A stretch of DNA of 64,000 nt from Eledone cirrhosa (lineage: Eukaryota), in the NCBI GenBank assembly GCA_964016885.1, contig OZ024743.1, forward strand, positions 168,702,001 through 168,766,000, read 5' to 3'. The first letter of the stretch is position 1, and every line of letters begins with the position of its first letter. A program made the position numbers and the translations under genes. Positions 60,916-64,000 of the stretch are shown piece after piece. The notes beneath the pieces were generated by a model. The model was not told the DNA's origin, did not search any database, and was given only the letters and a program-made list of their open reading frames with translations.

Positions 60916-61305
60916 CTAAGTTGGGTCAAATATTCTATTGGCGAAGGAATTAGCCCTTCGATGTTGACAGCTAATCATTATCTCCGTTCTATCGTTAATC
61001 GGTAGAGGTCGTGATAGAGTTATGTAATATGCTTCTGTAATACAGAGATCACAAGATTTTCTTCGTCCATTGAACGGTTGGGCCGTAGCCACGATATCCC
61101 ATTTTAGTGAGTGTTGAACGTTGCTTAATTTAAGGTTTTTAATGAGCCTAGCTAGCGATGTCGAACATCTGTTGCTAGGGTCTCGGAAGGAAAAAGAGTG
61201 CGCGTTATAGCGTACCTTAAAAGGGTTAGAGGTAGACCCGATATAAGAGCTGGTATTCGAAGCAGTTTTAACCATGCACCTATAGACTATGCTGGGTGTA
61301 AATAT
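60916..61305 (-). pseudogene. Penelope-like GIY-YIG endonuclease fragment
   Basis: IVYRCMV..YIGSTSNPFKVRYNAH..CDLCITE..INDRTEIMISCQHR. Confidence 0.88.
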
Positions 61306-61307
61306 TA

Positions 61308-61533
61308 TTATTGGCAGTATCGGTAGTGAGTCGGACGCTATCCTTTGCAGCATAGAGTTACGGCCCTTTACGGTGTGAGTTCAGCTCCTGCTGAGGTTAA
61401 CTTTGCCTTTCATCCTTACGGGGTCGATAAAAGAAAGTGCCAGTCACGCACTGGGGTCGATCTAATCGACCCCCCCCCAAAAAAAAAAAATTGCTGGCCT
61501 TGTGCCTAAATCAGAAACCATTATTATTATTAT
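61308..61533 (+). mobile_element. tRNA-derived SINE abutting the GIY-YIG fragment
   Basis: Consensus match with ATT tail. Confidence 0.85.
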
Positions 61534-62110
61534 TTTCATCTCATGCATAGTACTTTATTTCTTCCTCATGTGTATCTGTTTAAACAATTGCTGGAGATAA
61601 GGGTGGTCCAATGTTACCTAACCACCTTTGAAACGAGTGAAGCCATATTATTTCATCACCATTATTTAATTTCTAGAAATTAAATAACGGTAATTAAAAT
61701 ATATGAATATAATACCGTTTTTTTTAACTGTTTCAAAACGTTCTCGTTGCATTTATCTATTATCATTGTATCAAAATATTTGTTGAATTTAATACCTATA
61801 GGTAAAATAAATATATATGTTGAAACATTACGCTTATTAAAGAAAATATACCCCCCTCACACCTCTAAAATTAACCTAACCGCACCTAGTTTAAAGTCTG
61901 CCGACATGCGTGGAGCTTCTTCATGGCCCTTCTACAGCTTGCATCATTTCTAGTACTGTGACAGTTAAAATTACGCAGTTAATAATTAATATATATATAT
62001 ATATTACTTTGCTAAGTTTCAGCCGGTATTGCCCCAGGCCCTATCTAACTTACTACCACAACCTGGCGAAGTTTTTTAGATCATAATTCACATCTCATAT
62101 ACAATATATA

Positions 62111-62228
62111 TAATATAGAAATGGCTTCTACAGGACTAGAATTGTTTCATTCAAGGAAATCATCAGGGAAGCTGAGGATTTCCTTTGAATGAAACAGTTC
62201 TAGTCCTGTAGAAGCCATTTCTATATTA
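62111..62228. repeat. Fold-back hairpin made of two opposed hammerhead copies
   Basis: ~55 bp arms. Minus strand has CTGATGA..GAAAC..CTGTA and plus strand has CTGAGGA..GAAACAG..CTGTA. Confidence 0.85.
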
Positions 62229-62326
62229 AGTATGATATACACTACTATATATTGAGTTACCCCCCCCCCCCCGATTGAACCCGGGATACACACACACACA
62301 CACGCGCACGAACACACACACACAAA

Positions 62327-62426
<100 letters not shown>

Positions 62427-62489
62427 AATATAAATATATATATATAGTAATAAATGTGTAAACTAAAATCCGAAGAGGATAATATATAT

Positions 62490-62930
62490 ACATATATATA
62501 TTAGGGCAAACATCACGAGCGCTATATCTCAAAATTATTTTTGAAAAGCATTAGAAATGCACAACCTAAAACTAAAACTGAAATGCGCAACTTAAAACTA
62601 AAACTGAATATTAACCAATACTTATTACTAATTTATACTTATTCCTGATTAAACTATTTTTCCCTGGGAAAAATATGTCAGCATTTTCTTTTACTTTTAC
62701 CAATATATATATATATATATAGATCAGAGCAAACAGCACGGACACTCTATCTCAAAATTATTTTTGAAAAGCATTTAGAAATGCGCAACCGGTAAAAACT
62801 TAAAAACTTAAAACCACAACTGAATACTAACCCATACAATCACTAATACTCTTTTAATTAAACCATTTTTCAACTGTGAACAATTTGTCAGCATTTTCTA
62901 TTCCGTTTACCAATATATATATATATATAT
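62490..62930 (+). repeat. Imperfect tandem duplication (~220 bp x2)
   Basis: TATCTCAAAATTATTTTTGAAAAGCATT..GTCAGCATTTTC..TACCAATATATA occurs twice. Confidence 0.8.
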
Positions 62931-62974
62931 AAAACTGTGGAGCAACTATTTATTAAAATAACAGTTTATTTAAT

Positions 62975-63018
<44 letters not shown>

Positions 63019-64000
63019 GAAAATAGAGAAATTAATGTAAGCAAAAACCCAACAATAATTCAGACATATAAGTGACTATAACATCAAGATGAAAAATATT
63101 TAACGTAAGTGAGGTTTTTTTACAAAATGAAAAATAACCGAGGTGTCCTACACGAGTGAAAGTATAAAGAAAAAAAGATGAAATCGAAAATGCAACTGGA
63201 GTCTTATTTAAAAAAAATATATATATATTTATTTGGTTCCTTTACCTGTTTCGCAGTTCTTCTGCCTTTCAAAAGTAGAGTTGAGATGGAGGGTCTGTGG
63301 TTTTTCTCACTTCTGGTTGGTCTTTGAATGTTACTTGTTTTATATGGAAAAAAGGGACTCGAAACGCCAGGTTTTTAGAGAAGTAATTTGATTGGTTTGT
63401 CAATAAGTATAATAAATTTCGCGCCAGTTCGCGTTACAAAGTTCTTCAAAAAAAGTGGGGGGTGGCTCAGGTTGTTTTTTCATATATGAGTGAAGTTTGG
63501 TTGATGCAGTCACGTGAATAAGCACACGAGCTTTCGCGTCAGTTTATTTGAATTTATTTTTACTTTAAAAAAGTGGCTCACTAGGGTTTTTTTTTAAATA
63601 AATGTAATTGATTGGTTATAAATGAAATTATGACTATCACGTGAACACGTTCATTAAATTTTGCGCCCGTATTTGGGAATTTATTTTGTAGCCTTTTAGA
63701 GAATTTTATGACAAACAAAAGATAATGGTCAAGAGAAATGGAATGGGAGAATTGTTCTGGTTCAGTGAATATGGCTGGTTCGCTGGGGTGTCTGAATTTA
63801 GACTTTCTATTGAAATAAAGAAAGTAGAGATATGTATGTTTATTTGTGTGCTTGTGTGTTTGTTTGTATAGGAAGATGATTCTATTAGTAGAAATGGTGG
63901 AGGGAGTTGTGTGTGTATGAGGGGGGTATGTTAAGATGGAGAGAATATATATATTTTATGTGTGTGTAGGAAAGTGATTCTATTAGTAGAAATGGGGGAG

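Noticed and set aside
61588-61645. CTGGAGA-tAAGGGTGGT..ACCACCTTT-GAAACGAGTG
   Set aside because: A6 is mutated, the cleavage position is G and stem I is absent.

Overview
AT-rich, microsatellite-saturated animal DNA with no host gene exon that I can support. The tRNA-derived SINEs and (TA)n/(CA)n load suggest a cephalopod, Octopus-like genome (inference). The window is made of transposon relics: a decayed Tx1/L1-clade LINE (4.1-8.5 kb, second fragment at 57 kb), two R4/Dong-like fragments with a restriction-like endonuclease, a ~6.8 kb Helitron (41.7-48.5 kb), two near full-length and many partial Penelope-like elements (PLEs), a possible RTE-like relic and about 19 SINEs. The main hidden signal is non-coding. 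By hand I count about 20 type I hammerhead ribozyme (HHR) motifs on both strands. At least six unrelated families have a 60-116 nt domain in place of the usual short stem II. Many lie in fold-back or inverted-repeat structures with arms of about 20 bp to 1 kb. One perfect GC-rich HHR sits in a long rod-like stem next to an R4/Dong-type fragment. Most ORFs in the supplied track are microsatellite read-throughs. All folds were paired by eye and none was computed.
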